Virus record (IMG/VR): IMGVR_UViG_3300030376_000954 | Span: 1-39,362 of that record | Strand: one strand, 5' to 3' | Length of the DNA stretch: 39,362 bases | Source of the DNA: a virus | Taxonomy: Duplodnaviria > Caudoviricetes | In this document: piece after piece, positions 14,843 through 23,743 of the stretch | Position numbering within the stretch: position 1 is the first letter of the stretch | Layout of the letters: each line of letters starts with the position of its first letter | The notes under the pieces: model-generated | The model's input: the letters and a program-made list of their open reading frames with translations, nothing else | Databases searched by the model: none | Told to the model about the DNA's origin: nothing | Made by a program: the position numbers and the translations under genes

Positions 14843-17800
14843 TTACCACCTCTTATCCGTTCTGGGAGCATTGCTCCTTCCAATTAACTCGTGAACAAAT
14901 TGCCCAATCACTGGAACACGACCAATGATTGCAGCGTTAGCAAAGTTTCTCATGTCTTGTTGAGACAGGGGATTATCCTCTTGCAGAATTGATTGTGCCG
15001 GTTCCAAAAAGCCCTTCTTGACTTGATCAAACATTGAATACGCAGTTGAACCTGTAATTGGGTTTAGACCCAAACTTTCAGACGAACGCATGTATTTGTT
15101 GAACACCGGCTCACCTTCCCACCAATTTGCTCGGTTACCACCAACAGAAATTGCATCAACAATCTGAGGAATAATGTTGAAGTAACTTGCACGGACCACA
15201 GCAGATTTCAAGATGTTGTCCATTGACATCCGTTCTTCCCACCACGCATCTCTTTCGTACGGATCAATCATCGGGTAGCGAGCAGCAGTCAATCCAATGT
15301 AAGACAGGCTTCCCATCAACATTGAACCAACAAGGTTCATAGATTCAGTCACATCAAGTCTTCGGATACCTTGGGCAAACTGTTTACTCTTTGCCGCCAT
15401 ACCAAACACACGGTATTGACTAATAAATTTACCGCCCAAATTTCCTTGCATCCAATAAGGAATGTCACCGACGCCATGACGCTGCACTTGATTATCTGCC
15501 TGTCGCCGCATTGCCATGCAGAGTGCGTCATAGGCTCCAAGGTCGTTCATTTTGTCCAAGTCTGTGCCAACAACTTTGCGGCCCCAAGCATTTGACTTAA
15601 CCTTGACAACTTCAGGTCGAAGAAGTTCTCGATTAATTCTTTCTACCATTTCCTCACTCAAGCCTAGTTCTCGGAATCGCTGCTTAGAGTTACGCCACCA
15701 ACTAGCGTTGAAGTCAACCTTTCCTGCTTTGTTGGCTTTGTACGCTTGATCGACAAAGTGTTGGAAGTTTGCTTTAGTCGCCCATCGTCGAAGAATAGTA
15801 TCCATCGGCACAATGCCAAATGGGTTGAGCATCGAAATGTTACGACCAGTTTCTAGCATCTTGTCCAGTGCCCCAAGTCCGCCAGTCGCGTCTCCACCAA
15901 CTTTTCCGACAGCAGAGTCAAGGCCGTGGTCATCAATTCGTCGAAGAATAGTTTCACCGATTTCGTAATCGAATCCAACACCGATGTGACAACCAAGTTG
16001 GTTTAGAAGTGGGTCAATGTCTTTATTGTGCTTGAGTCCCATTGCCAGCGTGTTGATTACCTGACCCAATTCAAACTGCTGGAATGCAGCGTGCAACCCT
16101 GTCTTTGCCATGATGTTTGCAACTTCAGGCAACTGAGCAAAACCAAGCAACTGCCCCAACGAGGCTTGAGCATAAGATTGAACTCTAATTACCGTTTTTA
16201 GTGTTCTTGAAGATACGTCTTCGTAAATAGGCAAACCAGTAGTAGTGCGGTAAACCAAGTTTAATGAGGATTCAATAAACTTAGAGTCAGCCGTTGATCC
16301 TTCTTTAGCCAAACGTTTTACTGCACGCTTGACGTCTTCAAAACTTGGGACTTGATCGTCTTTGAGTTTAACTCCCGCTTTGACAAACACATCTTCGTGA
16401 AGTTCATACAAGGCTCTGTATGCCTTACGAGTTTCACCCGCACCGTGCATTCTCTTGCTATACCGAGCGGCAACGTCGTAAATGTTGTTGTTTGTAAAGT
16501 CAAACATACTGAGTTTTACAGTGTTGCCATTAATGTTAACCGTAGACTCAAAGGTCTCATCCAAGTGAATTCTGGCACGCCCTTGACTAATTACAGGATC
16601 GTGCATTTTGTCAGAAGTCATGTCAATGATGTCATCAATTACAGCCTGCTGTTCTGTTGTAACAGCGTATGTACCGTCAGCATTTCTTTTTGCCCCCAGT
16701 TTACGAGACAACTCATCTTTGTTTGTTGTTACCCACTCACTCAAACGCTTGTGGTTGTGGTGAATTTCAGGATCTCGCATGAAACTGAGGATGCGTTCAG
16801 CAGCCAGTCGTGACCTTCGTACTTTCTTACCCGCCGAAGTACTTACTACATTTCGCATACCGTTTCGTGCAAAATCGGGGTGTGCTTGGATTGCTCGTTC
16901 AAAGAAATCAATCAAGGCTTCTGGAACATCACCATCCTCTGTTAGATATTCAGAAATTGCTCCGGGTCGCCAAATGCGGTGGAAATAACCGGGAGGGGTT
17001 GTAGCAATTTCTTTACTAAACAGGTTGTGTTTGTTTGCGTACTTACGGGCGTGATTAAAGAAATCGTCAATACCGTCAACAAAGGCACGCTCCCAATCTT
17101 TAAGATCGTCCTTTGTCATTTTTCCCGCAGCAATCATTTTTTGCTTACGGATAACTTCAGTCCGCTCTGCGTCTGAAAATTTAGATCGACCGCCCCCACG
17201 TTTGCGAATAATGCCTGCTTTCATTTCAGCGTTTGCAAGTCGAGTCATGTGTGCCTGTTCAAGGCGGCGGGCGTTTGCAGCAGCGTTGTATCCTCCCTGA
17301 CCACTAGAGTCCATTGTTAATCGCACAAAGTCTCGTAAGAATGGTGAATCTACTTCTTTAGCAAGTCCCATCAATCGAGTGGAAATGGAAGCAGTAGCAA
17401 CCGCCCACCATCGACCCGGAAGGCTTGTGGAGAACCATCCTTCAGCCAAGTTTGCAATAGTGTTTCGCAACCCCGGTTCGTCATCAAGAGAGGCCTCAGT
17501 AACCATGTCTTTCAATTCTTGAACTTGTCTATCCGCCGCATCGGAAACTTTGTCTAGTTTTTCTTCTGTGGTGACGCCGCGTTCTTTTTTCCGACGATCA
17601 ATTCGTGCCTGCATTTCAGGAGAAATGTCACTGCGACGTCGTGCAGCCGAATAAGGATTTAGAATATCCCCATCAATTTCAAGTGTTGCACCTGCTCCGG
17701 CTTTGCGTGCGGCCCGCCACTTTTTTACTTCCCCATCAACAATCATTTTCTTAAGGGCTTTGAGCCGAGCCTTGGGATTCTTTCGAGTTGGTTTTGCTTT

Positions 17801-19378
17801 TGCCAAAGCGTCCCGATCCAATACTCCAAGTTTTCCAGCAATGCCCTTGAGTTGGTTTTCATCTGTGATGTCTCCAACATTTCTAGATGCCTGCTTGCGT
17901 ACTTGATCATCAGTTGCGTCAGTCAAGACTCTAGGAATTGCCCCAGACTTATCTTTTAGAGCCTGTGCCCCTGCTTTTTTAACAGCACGGCGAATCTCTA
18001 CATTTGTCAACGGAACATTAGTTTGTGCCCCCGGAGCGTTTTGGCGAAGGTCTGCAAGTGCTGCTGCTTTAATTTCCTCCCGCAACTGAGTAATTGATTT
18101 GAGTTTTCCAACCGCACGAGGAAACCGACCAACCTGTTTTGCCTGACGAGCCAAGGTTTGACTAATACCTGAAACAGGAATGGTTGTTTCTACCCCGTAC
18201 TTTTTAGCAAGTCGTTCCAAAGCGGGGCGTGACCTTGTGCCTTTTAGTCTGTTTATTCGCCGCGTCAGGGCAGTCGTAGCCTCTGCAAGAGCATCCTCAC
18301 TTGTGATGTCTCTAGTAAGTTTTACTCCAAGTTGATCCGCCAGTTGTTTAATTTCATCAAACTGACCTTTACGGGCCATCTCATCAACTTCACGCCAAGC
18401 ACCTTTAATGCGTAGACGAAGGGCACGAAGGGCTTTAATTTGAAGTGCTTTAGAAGCACGCTCTGCTCCCAACTCTTTACCAACCGCTACAACACCAGCC
18501 TTTCCTGCCGCCTCTTCAATAAGTGCATCTTCAGCCGCTCGCCGCATTGACTCTCGCAGTTGCCGGTCAAACCATTGAGGTTTCATTTGAGACAGGGCTG
18601 TTCCAACAGTACCCGCTGCTGCCATTCCAATAAACAAGTCAGTAGAAGTAAGCGTCTTGTCTTTCCGATACCGCAAGATTTCAAGAGGAACGTCAAGGGT
18701 CAAAGCAGTTAGGCCGGTTTTGATTGCGGCTCTGGCTCTTGCACTTTTGACACCCTTGTCAACTATCTGCCCCAATTTTCTTAGACGAGCAAGTCCAGCA
18801 AGAGCAGCAGGGCCAGTTACCGGGGCAGATGTACCGCCACTCCCTGCTGTAAAGAGAGAAGAAATTGCTGTAATTACTGCCGCTTCAGGCATCGCACCAA
18901 TAAACATTGCAGCCATGCCGGAAGCAGGTGCGCCCTCAAACACTTGTGCCCGTCGTCCACTACTCAGGCGTGCTTCCTCTACTTCCTCAATAAACATGCC
19001 AAAGTTGGGAATTTCTGAATCAAAAAATGTGGGGTTAAGCAATCTCTCTTGTGTTTCCTCACTGAGGTCGCTTGCATATTTTTCGACTAATTCTGGCGTT
19101 ACTTGGAAAGTCGGATCAACCTCATCACTGAAAACGTCGTATTCGTCTCCACCGAGAAACCGCCCAAGATAACTGTCGTTGAAAAAACTTTCTTTGACGC
19201 GACCACCGAATGACCACCAGTAGTTATTTGGATCAGAATCAGCAAGTTGGGCACGGCGGCTTAGTTGCATTGCCGTCATTGCTTTTGGCGTCGGCAGTGG
19301 TCGAGCAACATTACCTATGGGCATAAAGCCGACAGGTACGTCCATTCCGGTAGGCAGTGGGGGTTCTGGAGCAACCAT
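14843..19378 (-). CDS. Internal virion (ejection) protein D, gp16-like
   Basis: 1511 aa, position before the tail fibre; IPYWMQ..GKFISQYRVF...KSKQ C-terminal pattern. Confidence 0.8.
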   Translation of the reverse strand: MVAPEPPLPTGMDVPVGFMPIGNVARPLPTPKAMTAMQLSRRAQLADSDPNNYWWSFGGRVKESFFNDSYLGRFLGGDEYDVFSDEVDPTFQVTPELVEKYASDLSEETQERLLNPTFFDSEIPNFGMFIEEVEEARLSSGRRAQVFEGAPASGMAAMFIGAMPEAAVITAISSLFTAGSGGTSAPVTGPAALAGLARLRKLGQIVDKGVKSARARAAIKTGLTALTLDVPLEILRYRKDKTLTSTDLFIGMAAAGTVGTALSQMKPQWFDRQLRESMRRAAEDALIEEAAGKAGVVAVGKELGAERASKALQIKALRALRLRIKGAWREVDEMARKGQFDEIKQLADQLGVKLTRDITSEDALAEATTALTRRINRLKGTRSRPALERLAKKYGVETTIPVSGISQTLARQAKQVGRFPRAVGKLKSITQLREEIKAAALADLRQNAPGAQTNVPLTNVEIRRAVKKAGAQALKDKSGAIPRVLTDATDDQVRKQASRNVGDITDENQLKGIAGKLGVLDRDALAKAKPTRKNPKARLKALKKMIVDGEVKKWRAARKAGAGATLEIDGDILNPYSAARRRSDISPEMQARIDRRKKERGVTTEEKLDKVSDAADRQVQELKDMVTEASLDDEPGLRNTIANLAEGWFSTSLPGRWWAVATASISTRLMGLAKEVDSPFLRDFVRLTMDSSGQGGYNAAANARRLEQAHMTRLANAEMKAGIIRKRGGGRSKFSDAERTEVIRKQKMIAAGKMTKDDLKDWERAFVDGIDDFFNHARKYANKHNLFSKEIATTPPGYFHRIWRPGAISEYLTEDGDVPEALIDFFERAIQAHPDFARNGMRNVVSTSAGKKVRRSRLAAERILSFMRDPEIHHNHKRLSEWVTTNKDELSRKLGAKRNADGTYAVTTEQQAVIDDIIDMTSDKMHDPVISQGRARIHLDETFESTVNINGNTVKLSMFDFTNNNIYDVAARYSKRMHGAGETRKAYRALYELHEDVFVKAGVKLKDDQVPSFEDVKRAVKRLAKEGSTADSKFIESSLNLVYRTTTGLPIYEDVSSRTLKTVIRVQSYAQASLGQLLGFAQLPEVANIMAKTGLHAAFQQFELGQVINTLAMGLKHNKDIDPLLNQLGCHIGVGFDYEIGETILRRIDDHGLDSAVGKVGGDATGGLGALDKMLETGRNISMLNPFGIVPMDTILRRWATKANFQHFVDQAYKANKAGKVDFNASWWRNSKQRFRELGLSEEMVERINRELLRPEVVKVKSNAWGRKVVGTDLDKMNDLGAYDALCMAMRRQADNQVQRHGVGDIPYWMQGNLGGKFISQYRVFGMAAKSKQFAQGIRRLDVTESMNLVGSMLMGSLSYIGLTAARYPMIDPYERDAWWEERMSMDNILKSAVVRASYFNIIPQIVDAISVGGNRANWWEGEPVFNKYMRSSESLGLNPITGSTAYSMFDQVKKGFLEPAQSILQEDNPLSQQDMRNFANAAIIGRVPVIGQFVHELIGRSNAPRTDKRW

Positions 19379-22300
19379 TATTCTTCAGACTCCATGTTTA
19401 AGTCCAACTCTCCAAGAAGTTCGTAATCTTCATCACTCATTACTTCTGTCTCTAGTGTAAAGTCCATTGCCCGTGCATCGCCCAAGAAGAAGAAATCACT
19501 TCCTAGTTTTGCACGGTCAGTTTCATCTAAAGCAAAGTAAGCAAGTCGAGTGTCTGGGGCTTCCAGCCATTCAGACTCTTCAGTCAAATCAAGGAACCTG
19601 TCCTTAACTTCTGAATCTTCAGCATCTAAAATTTCACGAAGACGGGTTGTTCCCTCAACAGATGCAGACATCAAATCAACAAGAAGAGCGGTCTTGCGAA
19701 TGTTTGATCCTCTTCCTCCAGCCTTTGTTTTTCTTTGCCCAAGTGGCGTTGTTTCCATTGTGTCTACATCAACCATGTCCGCAAAAAGTGATCGAATGTT
19801 TACAAACGATGTATCCTTTTCAGTCATTGGTCGTGTGTTTACTGACCCAAACAGCACCCCTACTCGGTATTGATCTGGCACTGGAACGGTGGCATCACCA
19901 ATCCACGCAAAATCTTCTCCAAGTGCTGCACGAGTTGCGGGGTCTAGGTTTCTGTATGCACGCACTGCTTCAGGGTGACGGAGTGCGTGCGACAAGTGTG
20001 CCCCCGCTCCTCGGAATCTAGGGATACTTTTGTACTGATTGTTCTTCAAGTACGTTTTGAGATCAGTCCGACGCACTTCGTCCGCGATGCCTGCACCTTC
20101 TTCAGTTGCCATCAGAATTGAGTAAAGACCTGTAGACCGCAATCTAGCACGTTCGGCAAGCACTTCGGCTGTGTCAACGTCTTCATCCATTTCTAGTTCT
20201 TCTCTTACTGCCGAAATTGATTCTGCGTCATTTATTGATTGAATCAAGTCTTGATCTTTAACGTGAGGGCTAGACGCTTGCATTATTTCTTGAATACTAA
20301 AGAAAACCTCGTTGTTTCGTTTAGGGTTTGGTAGAGGCCGATAAGGAATAGTAGAGTCCCCAGCACGGCCCGCTTGATTAACCATAATGTGGTACATCCC
20401 CGGAACTCCGTTTACTGGAACGACTTTCATGTCATTAATTGCTTTACCTCGTGCAAGAATATCTTCGGAGTCTCCAATCCGGCCTTGAAGAATTGCTTCA
20501 TACAGTGGGCTGTTTTTTGCTGTGTCTGTGCCAATAAAACTGCGAAGGAAATGCCCTTGCCCTTTTTCAAAGTACGCAGGAGCGTATTGATCTTCAAGGT
20601 AGGGGTGGCCACCAACGTACTCATAGTGTTCATCAACAAAGGTTTTTGCCATGTTCACGGCTTCAGAAACACTAGAACTTGTTGGGGATCCACCAGCAAC
20701 AATAAACTGAAACACTGGGGCCCATTGCCTAATCAGGGGATCGTTCAAAGAAGATGCGACCTGACCACCCGGTTCAAGTTGATTACGCATTTCGCTTTCT
20801 AATCCCGCTAGTGAAGCACTGCCGTTTGCAAGAGATGCTTGTGCTTCTCCAATTTTTGCAATTGCTTGTGGTGGCTCAAGACCTTTACTGTAATGCAGCA
20901 TTTGGTAAGACCGCATCCAAAGGTCAAATCGTTTTAGCCCTTGCGTTGAAGCAATCATTCCCCCCGCACCGTATTGCTGATACGAGTTCCACATGGCATA
21001 AGTTTCTAAGAACTCTTGTGTCTGCGTCGATTGTCCAATAGCCTTATCAATTTGCTCTTGAGTTGCATCTTCTGGAAGTCCGGCAGTTTTTAACATTGCT
21101 TCTGTAACACCTTCCCACGAGTTTAGGAAGGGCATGTTCTGGAACCGCTGAAGGTGCAATGGATCAACTTCGTTAAAACGAAGGCTTACAAGGGCACGGG
21201 CTTCATCTTCCGTTAAACCGTTAGCCGACATTTCGGATCCAATCAATGCTGACCGAACTCCCTCTCTACCAGACTCAATTAAGTTGCCGGGATCAATGTC
21301 AAACTCGTTTCCGTCTGCATCTGTGACCCGCAATTTGTCGTTGTTGTCTGGGCTTCTAGTGATGTTAAATTCACCATCAACTACTGTGCCTTTTGGAGCA
21401 TCTGCAAGAAGCATAGTTAGAAGTTCTACTTCATCCCTTGCACCCTTGTCTCGCATCATGTCCACAATGTCAGGGTCGATTTGTTTTGATGCTATTGATG
21501 AGTATGCGTCTAGAAATACACCAGTGATCTGCGATTGCCGCTGACCCATGTGAATCGTGCGTCTTTTTTGAGCCGCTCGCGTTTGTAGGGTTGCTTGTGT
21601 TTTGCCCAAACTGTCGGCGTTTAGGTTTGCAACCTCACTAATTTTTAGGAGCGATCCCTCTGCACGAGTATCAGGGGGAAGGATTGGATTACCGTTCTCG
21701 TCTAACTTCAAATCCTTGGGGTCAGGAATAAGTTGAACTGGACCAGCCTTTAGTTTGCTTAAGACTGAGGAAATTCGATCATAAGTAACTTCATCTCCAA
21801 GTTGAGCAGCCTGCTCACGCAGAGTAATCAATCCTTTTGCTACTGCGTGTTGTGCCCCACGGCCTGTAAGTTCCCCAGCCAATCCCCGCTGATCAATAAG
21901 TTGTTGGGCTGCAATTAAGAGTTCTTCTTCACTCTCAAGATGATCTCGCATATCCGCTTCAATGTTCGCCCACGATTGATTTTTGGTTCGCTCACTGACA
22001 TGCTCGGCCCACTCTTTCGACAACTTTTGAGTAGTAAGTGACCAGCCTTTGTTGAACCCCATGTTGAACTGAGATTCGCTAATTCCCAACTTAACAGCAG
22101 CGGCCCGCCGCTCTTTGCCCATTCTGTCAAGAATTTGGGGGAAATGATCAACATCAAAGTTGCCGTCGTTGGCCTCTTTGATCTTTTCCATTGTCATGCG
22201 AGCATTAATTTCTTCCTGTCGAGAAGCCATTGCACCCTGTGCCCGTGCGGCGGCTCGTTGGTGTGCTGGGGTAACTGCCCCTACTTTCCCTTCCTCTACC

Positions 22301-22626
22301 AACTCGGCAAAACTCTTGTCTAACTCATTTAGAGTAAACTGATCTGTATACAGTTTTTCTAGCCGCTCAGTTTCCACACGCTCATATTTGACCATTGTTG
22401 CCGCTGCTTGACTCAAAGAGGACAGGGCTTGCCCCATTCGACGCATGTCATCAAACTCAGTTGTGTCTGGCTTTGCGGGGTCAGGTGTCAAGATTGGCTG
22501 TGCAGGCGCACCCTCTTGACTTGGCGTAATGCTGGTATCAACAGGGGTAGCAGGAGCAATAAATGCTGGTTCACTAAGCGCAGGAGCCGTGAGTTCCCCC
22601 GGTCTACGTTGTGGTCTTTTTGCCAT
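19378..22626 (-). CDS. Internal virion (ejection) protein C, gp15-like
   Basis: 1082-aa helical protein; ATPVDT and MGQALSSLS N-terminal patterns; synteny. Confidence 0.75.
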   Translation of the reverse strand: MAKRPQRRPGELTAPALSEPAFIAPATPVDTSITPSQEGAPAQPILTPDPAKPDTTEFDDMRRMGQALSSLSQAAATMVKYERVETERLEKLYTDQFTLNELDKSFAELVEEGKVGAVTPAHQRAAARAQGAMASRQEEINARMTMEKIKEANDGNFDVDHFPQILDRMGKERRAAAVKLGISESQFNMGFNKGWSLTTQKLSKEWAEHVSERTKNQSWANIEADMRDHLESEEELLIAAQQLIDQRGLAGELTGRGAQHAVAKGLITLREQAAQLGDEVTYDRISSVLSKLKAGPVQLIPDPKDLKLDENGNPILPPDTRAEGSLLKISEVANLNADSLGKTQATLQTRAAQKRRTIHMGQRQSQITGVFLDAYSSIASKQIDPDIVDMMRDKGARDEVELLTMLLADAPKGTVVDGEFNITRSPDNNDKLRVTDADGNEFDIDPGNLIESGREGVRSALIGSEMSANGLTEDEARALVSLRFNEVDPLHLQRFQNMPFLNSWEGVTEAMLKTAGLPEDATQEQIDKAIGQSTQTQEFLETYAMWNSYQQYGAGGMIASTQGLKRFDLWMRSYQMLHYSKGLEPPQAIAKIGEAQASLANGSASLAGLESEMRNQLEPGGQVASSLNDPLIRQWAPVFQFIVAGGSPTSSSVSEAVNMAKTFVDEHYEYVGGHPYLEDQYAPAYFEKGQGHFLRSFIGTDTAKNSPLYEAILQGRIGDSEDILARGKAINDMKVVPVNGVPGMYHIMVNQAGRAGDSTIPYRPLPNPKRNNEVFFSIQEIMQASSPHVKDQDLIQSINDAESISAVREELEMDEDVDTAEVLAERARLRSTGLYSILMATEEGAGIADEVRRTDLKTYLKNNQYKSIPRFRGAGAHLSHALRHPEAVRAYRNLDPATRAALGEDFAWIGDATVPVPDQYRVGVLFGSVNTRPMTEKDTSFVNIRSLFADMVDVDTMETTPLGQRKTKAGGRGSNIRKTALLVDLMSASVEGTTRLREILDAEDSEVKDRFLDLTEESEWLEAPDTRLAYFALDETDRAKLGSDFFFLGDARAMDFTLETEVMSDEDYELLGELDLNMESEE

Positions 22627-22629
22627 TGT

Positions 22630-23292
22630 TTACCCCAGTGCCTTTATGTCTGCGGCTACGCCATAGCCAGTTGTAATTCCCTGTGCAATGCCGTTGAGAA
22701 CATAAGGAGTCATCGACGGCTGTCCAACAGCACCCACAGGAGCAGGCAACTGTACAGGAGGGAGTGGTGAAGGCAACGCTCTGTTCAATTGAGACTGTGC
22801 CCTCGCTCGATACGCTAGAGCATTCTGTTGTGCTTGACGCATCGTAGAACGGTAATTTTCAAATTCAATACTACTTGCTCTTGCTTCTGCTTGCTGGTAA
22901 GCATTCATTGACTGCAATACGGCGTTGCCGGTAACTCCAGACTCCGCAGCCGATGCCGCAGTAAACGCCATGCCTGTAGCAGCCTTCTGAGAAGCAGCAT
23001 TGATGTTCTGCATAGTTTTTCGCTGCTGCTGATCAAGGTTTGTCATTACAGCACCAAACTGAGCAGAGACAGATTCTTGAACCGATGCCCCATACTCAAG
23101 ATATTGATTTTCTTGAAACTCTGCTAATCGCTGCTGGTAGTCAATTTGAAGAGCGTAATTCTGATGTCGGTTTGCTTCTACAGCCGCACTGTGTGCTGCA
23201 TTTGCTCTTGCTTGCCCTCTTGCTGCTCGACCCTCAGAAATGCCCCCAACTACTTGTAGTCCTCCAACAACGGCAGATACTGGATCACACAT
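22630..23292 (-). CDS. Internal virion protein B, gp14-like
   Basis: MCDPVS start, Ala/Gln-rich, SAAESGVTGNAV motif. Confidence 0.85.
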   Translation of the reverse strand: MCDPVSAVVGGLQVVGGISEGRAARGQARANAAHSAAVEANRHQNYALQIDYQQRLAEFQENQYLEYGASVQESVSAQFGAVMTNLDQQQRKTMQNINAASQKAATGMAFTAASAAESGVTGNAVLQSMNAYQQAEARASSIEFENYRSTMRQAQQNALAYRARAQSQLNRALPSPLPPVQLPAPVGAVGQPSMTPYVLNGIAQGITTGYGVAADIKALG

Positions 23293-23743
23293 GATTCATC
23301 CTCGCAAACTCCAAGAAAGGTAATTGTTTTGGCCCGACCATTTTCCTACCAATAAAGGTGTATCCAATGTGTTCAATGTATTTCATGTGAACCTTGTTCC
23401 TTTCATCGACAATGTTGCCAGTTATGGGGTAGGGACGGACGAGTTCTTTATGAAACTTGGTTACGGTCTTCATAAAGGGGTACTTATGCTTTGAAATGTT
23501 GTCTGTGCCCAAAAGCCAGATTGCGGCAAATTCCTCTGTGTAAGGCACGCACCCAAACAACGCTGATGGTTCGTCATCACACATCCATGTGTAGCAGGGG
23601 GATGACGCCTTGAATCCTTGCTTTAGGGCAGTAAACGGATCTCGACCAATCGCTTCGACCTCATCTCGATCTGCCTGACGGAGGTTGTTGTAAACCTGTG
23701 GAATGTGAGATTTTTTGGACTTAACGATTGTTGATTCAGTCAT
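23285..23743 (-). CDS. gp13-like protein (internal virion protein A, GNAT-like fold)
   Basis: LRQADRDEV, IWLLGTD, NIVDERNKVHMKYIEHIGYTF. Confidence 0.85.
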   Translation of the reverse strand: MTESTIVKSKKSHIPQVYNNLRQADRDEVEAIGRDPFTALKQGFKASSPCYTWMCDDEPSALFGCVPYTEEFAAIWLLGTDNISKHKYPFMKTVTKFHKELVRPYPITGNIVDERNKVHMKYIEHIGYTFIGRKMVGPKQLPFLEFARMNHV

